64,000 nt of DNA from a virus (IMGVR_UViG_3300042988_001121:64001-128000); one strand, 5' to 3'; counted from the stretch's first letter, positions 10,701 through 20,300 are shown. The notes: generated by a model not told the origin, from the letters alone. Numbers and translations are program-made.

Positions 10701-11891
10701 ATCGTTCTTCAGATGAACGAAAAGACTGCTGCAACTGATTCTCTGTACACACTCGGAAATAATGCCGATGGTTCTGGATTTACTTCGGTTGGCACATTAT
10801 TGTTGCTTAACGTTGGTGATAATATTACATGGTCAACCCCTTATAAGATTCTTGGTCATAAAGGATTCACAACAGGAACCGCGTCTGCGCTACCAACTTT
10901 CACGTCAACTAACCCAAACAACCATGACTTCTTCTATAAAATAGACAAAGGCGCTGGTTATGGTAGTACATGGAAGAATCTGAAATACACAAAGACTTCT
11001 GCATCAATAACTGCTGCATCAAAAAACATTACCATTACTACTACCGCTGCATCAGTCACAGGATCAATTGCAGGGGATGTTCTTACTGTCACGGGAGTTA
11101 CATCAGGTTCATTGTATGAAGGTATGGTATTATCGGGGACAGGTATTACTGCTAACACGGTAATTCTTGCTCAGACTTCTCAGACAGCCAGTTCAACTGG
11201 TCGAACCGGTACTTATACCGTTGGTATCATGAACTTCGCTGGTGGAACCTATACTATATCGGCTTCTAGTCAGACAGTTGCATCGACCGCTATCAGTGCC
11301 ATTCAATCAACTTATGGAATTAACATCGGTGACACTGTTTTTGATGTAACGACTCCTGCCAACATGACTCTTGGAACAAAGGTCGCTTCCATTACATCAG
11401 CAACAGTTTTTGTTACTGATACCAATACGGTCACAACGGCGACTGCGCAGGTATTAGCATTTTCTGCTATACACTCGGAGACAGGAATTGCTGCTGCAAC
11501 TGGATTGTCGTTACAAATAAAGGCAGTATGCGGTGTTGCTGCAACTACCAACAGGCTTACTACTATTGCGATACCAACTAAAACGGATTCGATATACCAA
11601 CAGGCGCAGTATCCTTTGGAAGTTGTTACTCTGACATTGACAGGATTACAGGCAGGATCGACTGTGTATGCATTTCAGGGAACTGACCCTACGACAGCGA
11701 TAACTTTGGGGTCAACCGACAATAGCGGTACTTCTTTTGCATTCACTCATAGTAGTGGTGGTCAGTCTGGATATATTCAGATTCTGGCGCTCGGTTATCA
11801 GGATATTACTTTACCGATTACTTATTCTTCTTCTGATCAGTCAATACCGATTCAGCAACAGAAGGATAGACAATACTACAACCCGAATTAA
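7773..11891 (+). CDS. large Thr/Gly-rich tail/virion protein with four copies of a ~70-aa beta module and a beta-helix-like region
   Basis: 1372 aa; repeats of W(S/A)A..T.T.TAAHGL..G..V.I.G..P.GYNGTYT...VPT.TTFT...PG.WTSGG. Confidence 0.75.
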   Translation: MAAITVDSNANYDLCSGQTTGATMDTITVNNGQLLVNTDTKFCAGHTTTATASNGSLDNVTVAATAIGGELKLDGTNVKIIPYNGGSGTAPTQIATALVPTAATWSAGLVTLTFAAAHGYLAGDRIGVGSIKGLDELNGYCGVFTINTVPTTTTLTYAVAENPGTSTITNGKVIKYFTCSQVHTYNVTAASWSTNTITFTTTDTTYLAVGNSVVIAGAAPTGYNGTYTITSVPTSTTFTVAQVTNPGPWTSGGTITKTVVGTYLGAWSSFTAGPTTATIGASGYIKVKDVVNGPYKPGALTIQGGTTPVAKAITKETTGWIEVVGAELSTTPATYSIPRLGKFTVTGEWFYPLSLPFTLTTGTAWAANVTTYTTTAAHGLAVGSTVQIDGATPTGYNGTYTIVSVPTTTTFTVAQTVNPGTWTSGGAGYAQMKTNGVAQQTIQLPASGGTTVGTTPYAGVWVETSPGSGTYEFYANASNMTATASLFATDQYRGKVCYMGAAGLLRFGGDGTNAWGYLPPAGCAIRFGNVITVHATKVVTNGVSTQTVPNATLTNRPKFVTTSAGVVNIDKWMTAWYPIFQQAFSVNITNTGICDNLTISECASPFVLNNIGTGISVIASSAQSTVLNISVCFAGGTISNCYWNKFHNGTSGQYNQILSDIQNLTVTNDFGRVMTITTGGGGTARNATSGVISLTRVANSTWNNSTFIGGRCITFTCSNLTFTNTHYADSTAVATTTTTGMYAYSVESNSSNIKIDGIDFNGLLNVHPYAGLVAVLSASYNVKIRNIGSVLAPLNLGSANASGVVISGAAGGSCTNIEVKRVYCTNARTGVIASADNSYSGVVLENVWAGAALANTNITLNTYFKNIGGTNSTTGQTSVYGHTWQDFFTPVGATLTTGTAWSAGTTTYTTTAAHGLLAGDTVTISGVVATPFNVSGGFNGTYTVATVPTSTTFTVAMASTPGTWTSGGTTNPLNGKIVLQMNEKTAATDSLYTLGNNADGSGFTSVGTLLLLNVGDNITWSTPYKILGHKGFTTGTASALPTFTSTNPNNHDFFYKIDKGAGYGSTWKNLKYTKTSASITAASKNITITTTAASVTGSIAGDVLTVTGVTSGSLYEGMVLSGTGITANTVILAQTSQTASSTGRTGTYTVGIMNFAGGTYTISASSQTVASTAISAIQSTYGINIGDTVFDVTTPANMTLGTKVASITSATVFVTDTNTVTTATAQVLAFSAIHSETGIAAATGLSLQIKAVCGVAATTNRLTTIAIPTKTDSIYQQAQYPLEVVTLTLTGLQAGSTVYAFQGTDPTTAITLGSTDNSGTSFAFTHSSGGQSGYIQILALGYQDITLPITYSSSDQSIPIQQQKDRQYYNPN

Positions 11892-11926
11892 TTAAATAAT
11901 AATAAACCCAACATAAGGAAACACAA

Positions 11927-13552
11927 ATGGCTTTTTATGGCTCCAGTCCAATAGTCGATCCCGACTTTTTGACATATTCGGTTGATGTTGCATTCGCATC
12001 CGCAACAACCGAATTGGTCATCACCACATCAACAAAAACAATTGCACTTAAGGTTACAGGCAACCTGACAACCGATGGTGTTACAATTAAATGTGTCTAC
12101 TCAAAGCTGAAAGAAATTTGGCGTACCGATTCGACTCTGATTAAGTTCCCATTTCCTGCCACTCCACTGACAGACGAAAGTATGGAACTTTCCAACGGAT
12201 GGAATTTCGACAAAACCAATACTTCCGGTGCTTCTGCTGCCAAAACTCCTGAACTGGTTCGTACAGGCGGTTGGGCTGTTGTTAGTCCATCCACTGGTCT
12301 TCCTACAGAAATGTGGGCAAGTATTATTACGTTGGGTACTTTTGCTGCCAATACCGATCAGGCTTATTTCCAGCAAGTTGCAGGCGGCGCGGCTACTAAC
12401 GTCCTTCTGACAAACAACGTTAACCAAGCGGTTCAAATCTATTCTGATCCTAACGGTGATGGTAGTACAGTTGATGGTTACGATTATCGTTCGTACTTCA
12501 AGATTTTCGTTCGCGAGTATGGTAAACTATATTCTCAGTCTTCTCTGGCAGACATTGGTGTGTCGCAACTGACTTATCAGGCATATCGTTTCCCATTGGC
12601 AAACGCTACTGATCTGGCGATTACCAACAACGATTCAACAGTTTCTACCACAACACCTTACACCAACGTTAATATCACCTATCTGCGCGATTCGAGTGAT
12701 GTACGTTACACAGTGAAAGGTAACTTTGCATCGGCAACTACTTACGTCGCTGCTGATGTGGTTAAAGATACCGGTAACAATCGTTGGTACAAGTGTATTT
12801 TGGGTTATACTTCGACCGCAACCCTACCTTCTGCTGATGCAACCCATTGGGCTGCATATGAAGGTGAACGTCTGATTGGTTCTACCTATTATCCATTTAC
12901 GGTCATCATTGATGCCGATACAACTGTTGCGACTTATAGCAATGGGGCTGCGACTCGTTATCAGGTCTATGAAAAGGTTCAATACCTGCTGCGTCAGAAC
13001 ACCGATATTGATGCTGATGCGACCGCATCGATCATTGGTAAGACCGCTGACAGTCTGTTGTCATTCGTTGGTTCTACTCTGGTGACTGCGGCAGGCGTTT
13101 ATATCGATTCTTTTGCGGCTGCTGATACCAACGACATTGAATTCTATGATGCACAGAATACAAAGCGTACTTTCCCATATGTCGCGGCATTGACCATCAA
13201 CTTCGGCGATAACCTGAAGAACGATGCTAATGCTAAATATTGGGCATTCTTCACCACACTTCCCGGTGCCGGTAATGACTTCGGCGAAACAGGTGCTGTT
13301 ATTGTTCAGGACAACGTGGGGACCGATATCACAGGTAATGTCGGGGGCGCTTCTAGCGTTGCATGGACATTCAACTATGACGGTAACGTACAAGGTGGTC
13401 GTACTGCTTCTACTGATGCCGGTATCACGGTGGTTGCGTTGGGATTGTCAACTGGTCAGTATGTGAAGGCAACAGGCACGATTGCTAAGTCAAAGGCGAA
13501 CAGTGTTTCCTTGATTTCCAGTTTGGAACGAAACTTCGCAAATCCTGTTTAA
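11927..13552 (+). CDS. virion structural protein with a carbohydrate-binding-like insert
   Basis: 541 aa, T/A/G-rich; 'FASATTYVAADVV...WYKCI...PSADATHW' resembles CBM5/12; SD AAGGA; upstream TAAATA. Confidence 0.65.
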   Translation: MAFYGSSPIVDPDFLTYSVDVAFASATTELVITTSTKTIALKVTGNLTTDGVTIKCVYSKLKEIWRTDSTLIKFPFPATPLTDESMELSNGWNFDKTNTSGASAAKTPELVRTGGWAVVSPSTGLPTEMWASIITLGTFAANTDQAYFQQVAGGAATNVLLTNNVNQAVQIYSDPNGDGSTVDGYDYRSYFKIFVREYGKLYSQSSLADIGVSQLTYQAYRFPLANATDLAITNNDSTVSTTTPYTNVNITYLRDSSDVRYTVKGNFASATTYVAADVVKDTGNNRWYKCILGYTSTATLPSADATHWAAYEGERLIGSTYYPFTVIIDADTTVATYSNGAATRYQVYEKVQYLLRQNTDIDADATASIIGKTADSLLSFVGSTLVTAAGVYIDSFAAADTNDIEFYDAQNTKRTFPYVAALTINFGDNLKNDANAKYWAFFTTLPGAGNDFGETGAVIVQDNVGTDITGNVGGASSVAWTFNYDGNVQGGRTASTDAGITVVALGLSTGQYVKATGTIAKSKANSVSLISSLERNFANPV

Positions 13553-13571
13553 TCGATAACAGATTGATCAT

Positions 13572-13591
13572 AGCCCCTTCGGGGGCTTTTT
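13572..13591 (+). terminator. rho-independent terminator with UUCG tetraloop
   Basis: AGCCCC-TTCG-GGGGCT-TTTT. Confidence 0.9.
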
Positions 13592-13629
13592 AATGTCCTT
13601 AAATAATTGAAACTAATCCTATTCTTATA

Positions 13630-13881
13630 ATGAAACTCTCACAAATTCGTTACTCTCTGCAACGTTGCAAAAATGGCTCCACTGAAGCGGAACATACTAA
13701 TGTTCTTGCCATGTATTCCGATTTACTTGCTGAATATGAGTTGACAATCGATAGTTTTGGTGTAGAATGGGATGTTGACAAAAAAGACAACACAAAAATA
13801 GCTACCGGTAAAGTAGTTGAAAAATACAATAAAAACCTGTTAACATCCCTTTTTCACCCTGATGGCATTCTGAAAGACTAA
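13630..13881 (+). CDS. hypothetical protein
   Basis: ORF following TAAATA at ~13600. Confidence 0.6.
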   Translation: MKLSQIRYSLQRCKNGSTEAEHTNVLAMYSDLLAEYELTIDSFGVEWDVDKKDNTKIATGKVVEKYNKNLLTSLFHPDGILKD

Positions 13882-13884
13882 CAC

Positions 13885-15246
13885 ATGAGCTACGTACAGG
13901 TTCCTCCAGACTCAACTGGTAAAAAAGTACACACATATCAAAACACACTTGGCGCTGATATTGTTCAGACACAAGCGGTTCATGTGGTTGGGCGTGATAA
14001 TGCTGACTATCGATTGAACGTCGATGTACGTGGTAGTGCAAGTGTGCGCTTTGCTGAAGGTCAACCAATTATGTCTGGCTTCGGTCAACTGAAGACTCAG
14101 CATGATCGTGCTCTCGGTGTTTACGAGACTTCACTTGACACATATGACGATCTGTTTAGCGTTCAACTTTCCAGTGGTGGTGTATCTGAATATCAACCAA
14201 CTGCTAGTAGTAATGTTCTAAGAACAACCGGCGCATTAGGTAGTTCAGTTGTTCGAACAACAAACCGATATCACTATTATCTTCCCGGTACTGCCAATTA
14301 CGTCAAGATGACGCTTGCAACAGGAGATTCTGGTAAGACAGGTAATACTCGTAGGTGGGGCGCATTTGATGCCAATGATGGTGTATTCTTTGAATTACAA
14401 GATACTACCCTGAATGTAGTATTACGTAGCACAACCACAGGAACACTTGTTGAAACTAGAGTCCCACAATCTTCTTGGAATAAAGATAAGGCAGATGGAA
14501 CAGGCAATTCAGGGTTTCATATTGATCTAACTAAGGTCAATATTTTCTGGATTGATTATCAATGGCTCGGTGCAGGTCGTGTTCGTTTTGGTATCGTTGA
14601 ACCTTCTGGCAATCGTTTGGTGTGTCATGAATTTGAAAATGCTGGTGCCAATGCATTGCCTTATATGCGCACAGGAACATTACCACTGCGAACCGAGAAC
14701 TTCAATACATCTGCTGTTGGTAGTTCAAGTGAATTACGCGAGGTGTGTCTTGCTATCTACTGTGAAGGCACATATGAGGATTACACATTCTGGCGTGCCG
14801 CTGATGTCGATGCATCCGTGACCGTAAGCGATGCTGTTAGTACACCTATCGTAAATCTTCGCTCTGTTACAACAATAAACGGAAAACATAATTCGGTTGT
14901 AGCATATCCAGAAAAGGTTAACGTGATGGTTGAAGGCGGGTCTATTTCACTGACTCTCTTTCAGAATACATCGGTTGCAGGTGGTACTTGGACAGGGCTT
15001 GATTCTAGTCTAGAAATTAGTAGCGGCGGAACAGTGACCACAACAAATGCACGAAAATTCAACACTGTTTTCCTTGGCGCAGGTGTACATTCATTGGACT
15101 TCACAAAATTGTTTGAATTGAATGATGAAGGTATTCAAATGAATGCTGATGGTACACCTAATGTCTGGAGTTTCTTTGTTAAGCGCATTTCTTCGACCGG
15201 GACAGTCAGTGTTGTTCTGAACATGTGTTATCGGGAACTGTGGTAA
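13885..15246 (+). CDS. putative virion protein, beta-sandwich/lectin-like
   Basis: 453 aa; 'RRWGAFDANDGVFFEL', 'IDYQWLGAGRVRFG' seen in phage structural proteins. Confidence 0.6.
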   Translation: MSYVQVPPDSTGKKVHTYQNTLGADIVQTQAVHVVGRDNADYRLNVDVRGSASVRFAEGQPIMSGFGQLKTQHDRALGVYETSLDTYDDLFSVQLSSGGVSEYQPTASSNVLRTTGALGSSVVRTTNRYHYYLPGTANYVKMTLATGDSGKTGNTRRWGAFDANDGVFFELQDTTLNVVLRSTTTGTLVETRVPQSSWNKDKADGTGNSGFHIDLTKVNIFWIDYQWLGAGRVRFGIVEPSGNRLVCHEFENAGANALPYMRTGTLPLRTENFNTSAVGSSSELREVCLAIYCEGTYEDYTFWRAADVDASVTVSDAVSTPIVNLRSVTTINGKHNSVVAYPEKVNVMVEGGSISLTLFQNTSVAGGTWTGLDSSLEISSGGTVTTTNARKFNTVFLGAGVHSLDFTKLFELNDEGIQMNADGTPNVWSFFVKRISSTGTVSVVLNMCYRELW

Positions 15247-15249
15247 GAA

Positions 15250-16773
15250 ATGTTACTGAGTCTCTGGACAGGATGGGGCGAAGATTGGAGCCTTCAGCAT
15301 AAAGTGACTTTTGATGGTGAGAATAAACTCATCATCATTGCTGATAGTGCGACTTCGCTCAATGTGAAAGCGGATATCTATTCTTCCTGGAAAGAATGGG
15401 TTCTTCTGCGTGATAACGGTAAATTCCTTCCTGCATTACGGGTCACGGGTGGCGATCCAATTGGGGTCGGGGCATATACCGGGGATGTTTACTTCTTGAT
15501 CAATGGCTGGCGAATCAAAATAAGTCATTCATGTGCAATTGATGGTGTGGTATACTCGGATGATTACCAAACGCCATTTGTTCAGACAGAAGGTACACAG
15601 ATCGTTACTAATAAAGTTTCTTCTCTGGTTTCGGTTGTTGCTCCTGTTGTGTCAGTAGATGGCTTGGTTGTTCCGACTGCTGCCGAGAATGCCGCTGCCG
15701 CTGCTTCAATGGTATGGAATTCTCCTGATAGAACTCTTACTGCCTATAATGGACCAACGGCGGCGCAGATTCGTTCTGAGATTGATGCATCATCGGTTAA
15801 ACTACAACAGATAAAATCTCTGATCGATTCGCTGGTTGTTCCTAGTGCAGTTGATATTAGAAACGAGATTGACACTAATTCAACTAAACTGAATACCGTT
15901 GTTGCGAACCAGACAACTATTTTGAATGCAATTCAAAACGTATCGGTGTCATCGGCTTCTATCAATACTCCTGCAATTTCATTTGAATTGATTCATGGTG
16001 TCGTAACCTCGGGTACAATTGATTCAACGAGAAACATCAACGGTAGTTCACATGTGATCACTGACTCGGCGCTTGCGTTCGATATCAATTACACATTTGA
16101 TATTGGATTGAATTCGATACCATCTGAGGTTGTTTTTGTTGGGCAGGTTCAAGATAAACATGAAGTCATTCAAGTTGCAGCATGGAACTATCAAACTAAC
16201 GCATGGAATCAGATCGGGACTATTTCTGGCTCCAACACAGTAACTACAAACAAATTTATTCTGTATCAACAATACACAGGAACTCAGGCAGGTCAGATCG
16301 GCGATGTTAGAATTCGTTTCTATTCTACCGCAATATCAGATATCATTCTATCGGTAGATCAGCTTTATGTTTCTTACGCGACCGTAGAAAGACCGACCGG
16401 ATATTCTGGTCACGCAGTCACCGCAACAGCGACCTCGATTCAATTGGGAGCAGATGCAGTTACTCTTGATAACTACTACGTACCCGCATTGTTATACGTT
16501 AATCATGGTACTGGCGCTCAACAATATGCCAAGGTTATCGGATATAACGGGGCAACACGAACACTGCAACTAGAATTACCGATGGTGGTTACGTTGGACA
16601 CAACAAGTCATATCACATTGTCACCTTGGGCAAATGGTGCCACTGTTGATACCAATGCGATTGCTAATGCTGTCTGGACTGCTCCTGTATCTTCAATGAC
16701 AGATAAGACAACAATTGGCGGCTGGATCACCAAAATGATTTTGACCATTCCTAAGTATATAGGGTTAAAGTAA
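15250..16773 (+). CDS. putative virion structural protein
   Basis: 507 aa, T/S/A-rich, in the structural operon. Confidence 0.6.
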   Translation: MLLSLWTGWGEDWSLQHKVTFDGENKLIIIADSATSLNVKADIYSSWKEWVLLRDNGKFLPALRVTGGDPIGVGAYTGDVYFLINGWRIKISHSCAIDGVVYSDDYQTPFVQTEGTQIVTNKVSSLVSVVAPVVSVDGLVVPTAAENAAAAASMVWNSPDRTLTAYNGPTAAQIRSEIDASSVKLQQIKSLIDSLVVPSAVDIRNEIDTNSTKLNTVVANQTTILNAIQNVSVSSASINTPAISFELIHGVVTSGTIDSTRNINGSSHVITDSALAFDINYTFDIGLNSIPSEVVFVGQVQDKHEVIQVAAWNYQTNAWNQIGTISGSNTVTTNKFILYQQYTGTQAGQIGDVRIRFYSTAISDIILSVDQLYVSYATVERPTGYSGHAVTATATSIQLGADAVTLDNYYVPALLYVNHGTGAQQYAKVIGYNGATRTLQLELPMVVTLDTTSHITLSPWANGATVDTNAIANAVWTAPVSSMTDKTTIGGWITKMILTIPKYIGLK

Positions 16774-17498
16774 TGAGTCTCCCCGACCTTTCTGGAATAA
16801 AATCTATCATCAATAGCGGCAACGCATTTAGTAACCCCATTTCTGGTAAGGTTAATTCTGCCTTACAGGGGTTTACTCCACCATCTGTTGCTGAGTTGAT
16901 GGGGATTGCTGAAGTTCAATTCGCTGCAAAAAATCTTCCTGTTCCCGATTACAACGAAATTGCTGCGGCTCAGAACAGTGTTGTTAATGCGTATAACAAG
17001 ATTCAGGATATGTTGCACCACACCAATAAACTATCTGGTGTAAACATGTCGGGCAATGGAACACTCGCAACAATCGCAAAAACCATGTCTAGCGCCAGAA
17101 ATGCATCTGGAGCAAAATCTTGTGATAAAGTATTGGCAGCATTCGGATCAATCAGGGATGCAGCTAATACAATAAATGATTGTGTGACAACAATTGACCT
17201 AGCAAAAAGAATGCTAAAAGATTTACCGGGTCACATCAAGACAATTCCAAAGCAACTGGACTCTCAGGCAGATAAAATTGTTAAGAAGATTCTTCATGAA
17301 ACCGCTGCTATTGCCAATGCTCAAATAGAAAACGCAAAACATGCACTGAGCATGCAAATGGCAGAAATGTTTCAGGATGAATGTGTTGGGCAGGTTCTTG
17401 GTGCCGTGATGACAAAGGACATGAATCTTCAGGTCAAAAAAGTTACCGATGAAATCGCAAAGAAACGTGTTAGTATGTTTCAGAAAATCATGAAATGA
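16773..17498 (+). CDS. hypothetical helical protein, probably virion-associated
   Basis: 241 aa; start overlaps upstream stop (TAATG). Confidence 0.6.
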   Translation: MSLPDLSGIKSIINSGNAFSNPISGKVNSALQGFTPPSVAELMGIAEVQFAAKNLPVPDYNEIAAAQNSVVNAYNKIQDMLHHTNKLSGVNMSGNGTLATIAKTMSSARNASGAKSCDKVLAAFGSIRDAANTINDCVTTIDLAKRMLKDLPGHIKTIPKQLDSQADKIVKKILHETAAIANAQIENAKHALSMQMAEMFQDECVGQVLGAVMTKDMNLQVKKVTDEIAKKRVSMFQKIMK

Positions 17499-17674
17499 CA
17501 GACAAATTTAAATCAAGAAAATTCATCGTTGCTCTGTTGTCAATCATGTCTTGCACCGGATTGATGTACATGAGTAAAATTTCGGACGGAGTTTATTCTA
17601 CCATCATGGTAGCAACAATTGGCGCTTATTTGGCAGCAAACGTTTTACAGAAAGAGAAACAAAATGCAAATTGA
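17495..17674 (+). CDS. small two-TM membrane protein, holin-like (not in ORF track)
   Basis: MTDKFKSRKFIVALLSIMSCTGLMYMSKISDGVYSTIMVATIGAYLAANVLQKEKQNAN*; ATGA overlap; two hydrophobic segments and a charged tail. Confidence 0.65.
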   Translation: MTDKFKSRKFIVALLSIMSCTGLMYMSKISDGVYSTIMVATIGAYLAANVLQKEKQNAN

Positions 17675-18515
17675 TAGCATTGCTCAGGCTTACATCAACA
17701 TCATTACAGAAGAATTGCATCCTGAATTACAGAATGTGATTGATACTCATGATAACCCAAAGACTAAACTATTGGCAGTCACTGCACACATTCGCGGAAT
17801 GATCAAAGCCGGTCGCGATACCGGTCTTGAGGATTCTAAGCCAAAGAAAGGTTCTAGTCGCGCCGTATTCTTTCCAAAGGAAAAGAAACAATTCACCTTA
17901 GATGGTAAGCCTGCTGAAAGCCATACCGCTGTTAAGATTGCTTTCCCCGGTAAACTTGACAAGTATCACGGAGAAGACACTTTACTTGGTGAAGATCAGA
18001 ATCGTAAAGAAGCTGATTGGTTTGTTAATGGGCATCATGGTGTTATTCATCACACCGATCAAGGAATGAAAACGAACCATGAAGGCGTTCTTGCGCCTGT
18101 GTTTGATTCGCATCCCGAGCACCATCATCTTGAAATGGGTAGGGTCGAAAAATTCAATGCAAAAGACTTGGCAAACCACACCAAGAACAGAGATTTCCCG
18201 AAGGGTCTGAATCTAGATCAGATTAAGAACGCAATGCTGCATGAACATGCTCTTGCTCATGGTGGTCGTTCTTATCAGTCTTCTACTGACGAAAATCAAC
18301 ATCAAAAATTGGTAGAGCACCCATATGTCAGTAACATGATTGATATGATGCACAATTCTGACATGCACCCCGGCGACATTAGCCCTCGTAACATGGGGAT
18401 TTATGTTCACCCACACTCAGGACACCGTTATCCTGTTATGACTGATTGGGGGTTTGGTAATGATATTGCGAAAAAATACGCCAAAGCAAGAAAGAAAATG
18501 AATATTGGTTACTAA
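17664..18515 (+). CDS. atypical protein-kinase-fold protein, probably head-packaged
   Basis: Start MQIDS at 17664; GSSRAVF, AVKIA, QNRKE, HPGDISPRN, MTDWG; N-terminal ITEE. Confidence 0.7.
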   Translation: MQIDSIAQAYINIITEELHPELQNVIDTHDNPKTKLLAVTAHIRGMIKAGRDTGLEDSKPKKGSSRAVFFPKEKKQFTLDGKPAESHTAVKIAFPGKLDKYHGEDTLLGEDQNRKEADWFVNGHHGVIHHTDQGMKTNHEGVLAPVFDSHPEHHHLEMGRVEKFNAKDLANHTKNRDFPKGLNLDQIKNAMLHEHALAHGGRSYQSSTDENQHQKLVEHPYVSNMIDMMHNSDMHPGDISPRNMGIYVHPHSGHRYPVMTDWGFGNDIAKKYAKARKKMNIGY

Positions 18516-18518
18516 AAT

Positions 18519-18539
18519 GGGCGCTTCGGCGCTCTTTTT
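18519..18539 (+). terminator. rho-independent terminator (UUCG loop)
   Basis: GGGCGC-TTCG-GCGCTC-TTTTT. Confidence 0.85.
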
Positions 18540-18553
18540 ATTTTGTTTGCTGA

Positions 18554-18829
18554 ATGAATAATTTATCAAAACCTTTATTAGACCTGAGAAGTCTTGATTA
18601 TCTGATTCCACCAAAAAATGTAGCCCCATTCATAGAAGCATATGAGAATACGGTAACAGACGATCCTTTGTTTTGTGGAACAGTGAAACACAAAAACATA
18701 GTTTTGTTTTACTTTTTTAATGAGCCTCACGAGGCTTTCATGTTAAAAGGAAATAAAATTGTTGATGGTTACACGTACCTATCCAGAGGTGTTATGTATG
18801 ACGGAAAATGGCTCCATGAATTGTTATGA
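18554..18829 (+). CDS. hypothetical protein
   Basis: ORF overlapping the next start (ATGA). Confidence 0.6.
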   Translation: MNNLSKPLLDLRSLDYLIPPKNVAPFIEAYENTVTDDPLFCGTVKHKNIVLFYFFNEPHEAFMLKGNKIVDGYTYLSRGVMYDGKWLHELL

Positions 18830-19443
18830 AAAAACTTTTAATAATTACACTATTCTTATTTTGCCTCAATTTGCATGCTGCCTGCAATAACCTATATCCA
18901 AACAATAAAAAGATTGTTTTGAAAAATACGATTGAACTATGCAACACACATTATGTTGCATTACATTCTTCAATCGACAAAAGAGTTATACTGGTTTCAG
19001 AAAGAATTGAACCCAATTCAAAATTCGATATTGTTAGGGATAATAATTTCAGACCAGACACAAGAATACCCAATCGTATTCGATCAACGCTGAAAGATTA
19101 TACAAACAGTGGGTATGATCGAGGTCACATGGCTCCTGCTGATGATGCGGTGACAATTGAGCAGATGAATGATACATTTTTACTCAGTAACATGACACCA
19201 CAGGAACCGACATTGAATAGAGGCGCATGGAAGGCTCTAGAAGGCTCTATACGCGATCAAATCAATGTAAGCAATACCCTGACATGGGTAGTGACGAAAG
19301 CGGCTTATAAAGGCTCTAAAACGATTGGTGACGGTTTGATGGTTCCGACCGTCTACTACAAGATGATGTACATCAAAGGTAAGCCAGTTGAATCTTGGCA
19401 AGCAGAAAATATTGTCAACGGAAAAGTAGTTAAAATTAAATAA
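18826..19443 (+). CDS. DNA/RNA non-specific endonuclease (NucA/Serratia family) with signal peptide
   Basis: GYDRGHMAPA, NMTPQ, LNRGAWKALE; N-terminus MKKLLIITLFLFCLNLHA. Confidence 0.92.
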   Translation: MKKLLIITLFLFCLNLHAACNNLYPNNKKIVLKNTIELCNTHYVALHSSIDKRVILVSERIEPNSKFDIVRDNNFRPDTRIPNRIRSTLKDYTNSGYDRGHMAPADDAVTIEQMNDTFLLSNMTPQEPTLNRGAWKALEGSIRDQINVSNTLTWVVTKAAYKGSKTIGDGLMVPTVYYKMMYIKGKPVESWQAENIVNGKVVKIK

Positions 19444-19463
19444 AAAAAACCAAGGAATCCACC

Positions 19464-20231
19464 ATGCACTTTTTAATTGAAACTCAAATCGCTTATGTAA
19501 TGATGAATGAATCTATTCTTCTTGAAGATCGGATTCAATATCTGAAAGACAACATAGGTAAAATCACAACCGATCACGATCCTGATGCAGAGCACAAATC
19601 TACACCAGAAATTGTTGATCATTTTGCTAACAATGCTGATCCAACCAAGAATAAGGCGCATACACAGTATCTGCTTAATTTGTATAAATCCGGTAAGATT
19701 CAACAGAAAGATGCTGAAAAGATCAAATCAACTTTGTCTGATTTTGAAAAATACAAGGGAAAACTTTCTCCTGAAGACAAGCAACTGACAAAGAAAGTAT
19801 ATCCAGATATTGAGTCTATCTCCAAGAAGATTGAACCACATTTGGGTACAATGACTTCAAAGAAGCAAGCAGAAAAAACTTTGGATCAGCCGGGGCACAA
19901 AAAAGTTTTTGAGGATGATAATATCGCTGTCTATCATCTGACAGACAAAGATGCGTCACAACATCTTTATGGTGGTGGATCAGAAAGAGGCGGCACAGGA
20001 ACTAACTGGTGTACAGCGGCACGGTCAAATCAAAATCAGTTTGATCACTATCATGGCGAGGGTAATATCCATGTTGTTCATCGTAAAAAAGATGGTAAAG
20101 TCTTTCAGATGCATCCTGCATCCGGTCAGTTTATGAATAGCAAGAACGAGCAAATTGAACCGGAAGAATTTGAATCTATTAAATCTTCTGTTCATAAAGC
20201 AATGGACGCTGTTCCGAAAATTCTCGACTAA
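19464..20231 (+). CDS. hypothetical protein with WCT motif, possibly head-packaged
   Basis: ILLEDRI near the N-terminus; GTNWCTAARS..QFDHY motif; start may be 19500/19503. Confidence 0.6.
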   Translation: MHFLIETQIAYVMMNESILLEDRIQYLKDNIGKITTDHDPDAEHKSTPEIVDHFANNADPTKNKAHTQYLLNLYKSGKIQQKDAEKIKSTLSDFEKYKGKLSPEDKQLTKKVYPDIESISKKIEPHLGTMTSKKQAEKTLDQPGHKKVFEDDNIAVYHLTDKDASQHLYGGGSERGGTGTNWCTAARSNQNQFDHYHGEGNIHVVHRKKDGKVFQMHPASGQFMNSKNEQIEPEEFESIKSSVHKAMDAVPKILD

Positions 20232-20300
20232 ACTAAATAGAAATTGAAATATTGTCAGTAGAATAAAGGTTCCACTGACATTTTTATTTGAAAGAACAAA

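Noticed and set aside
7773-11891. Diversity-generating retroelement acting on the repeated tail modules
   Set aside because: No reverse transcriptase in the window; repeat differences are not adenine-specific and all copies are coding.
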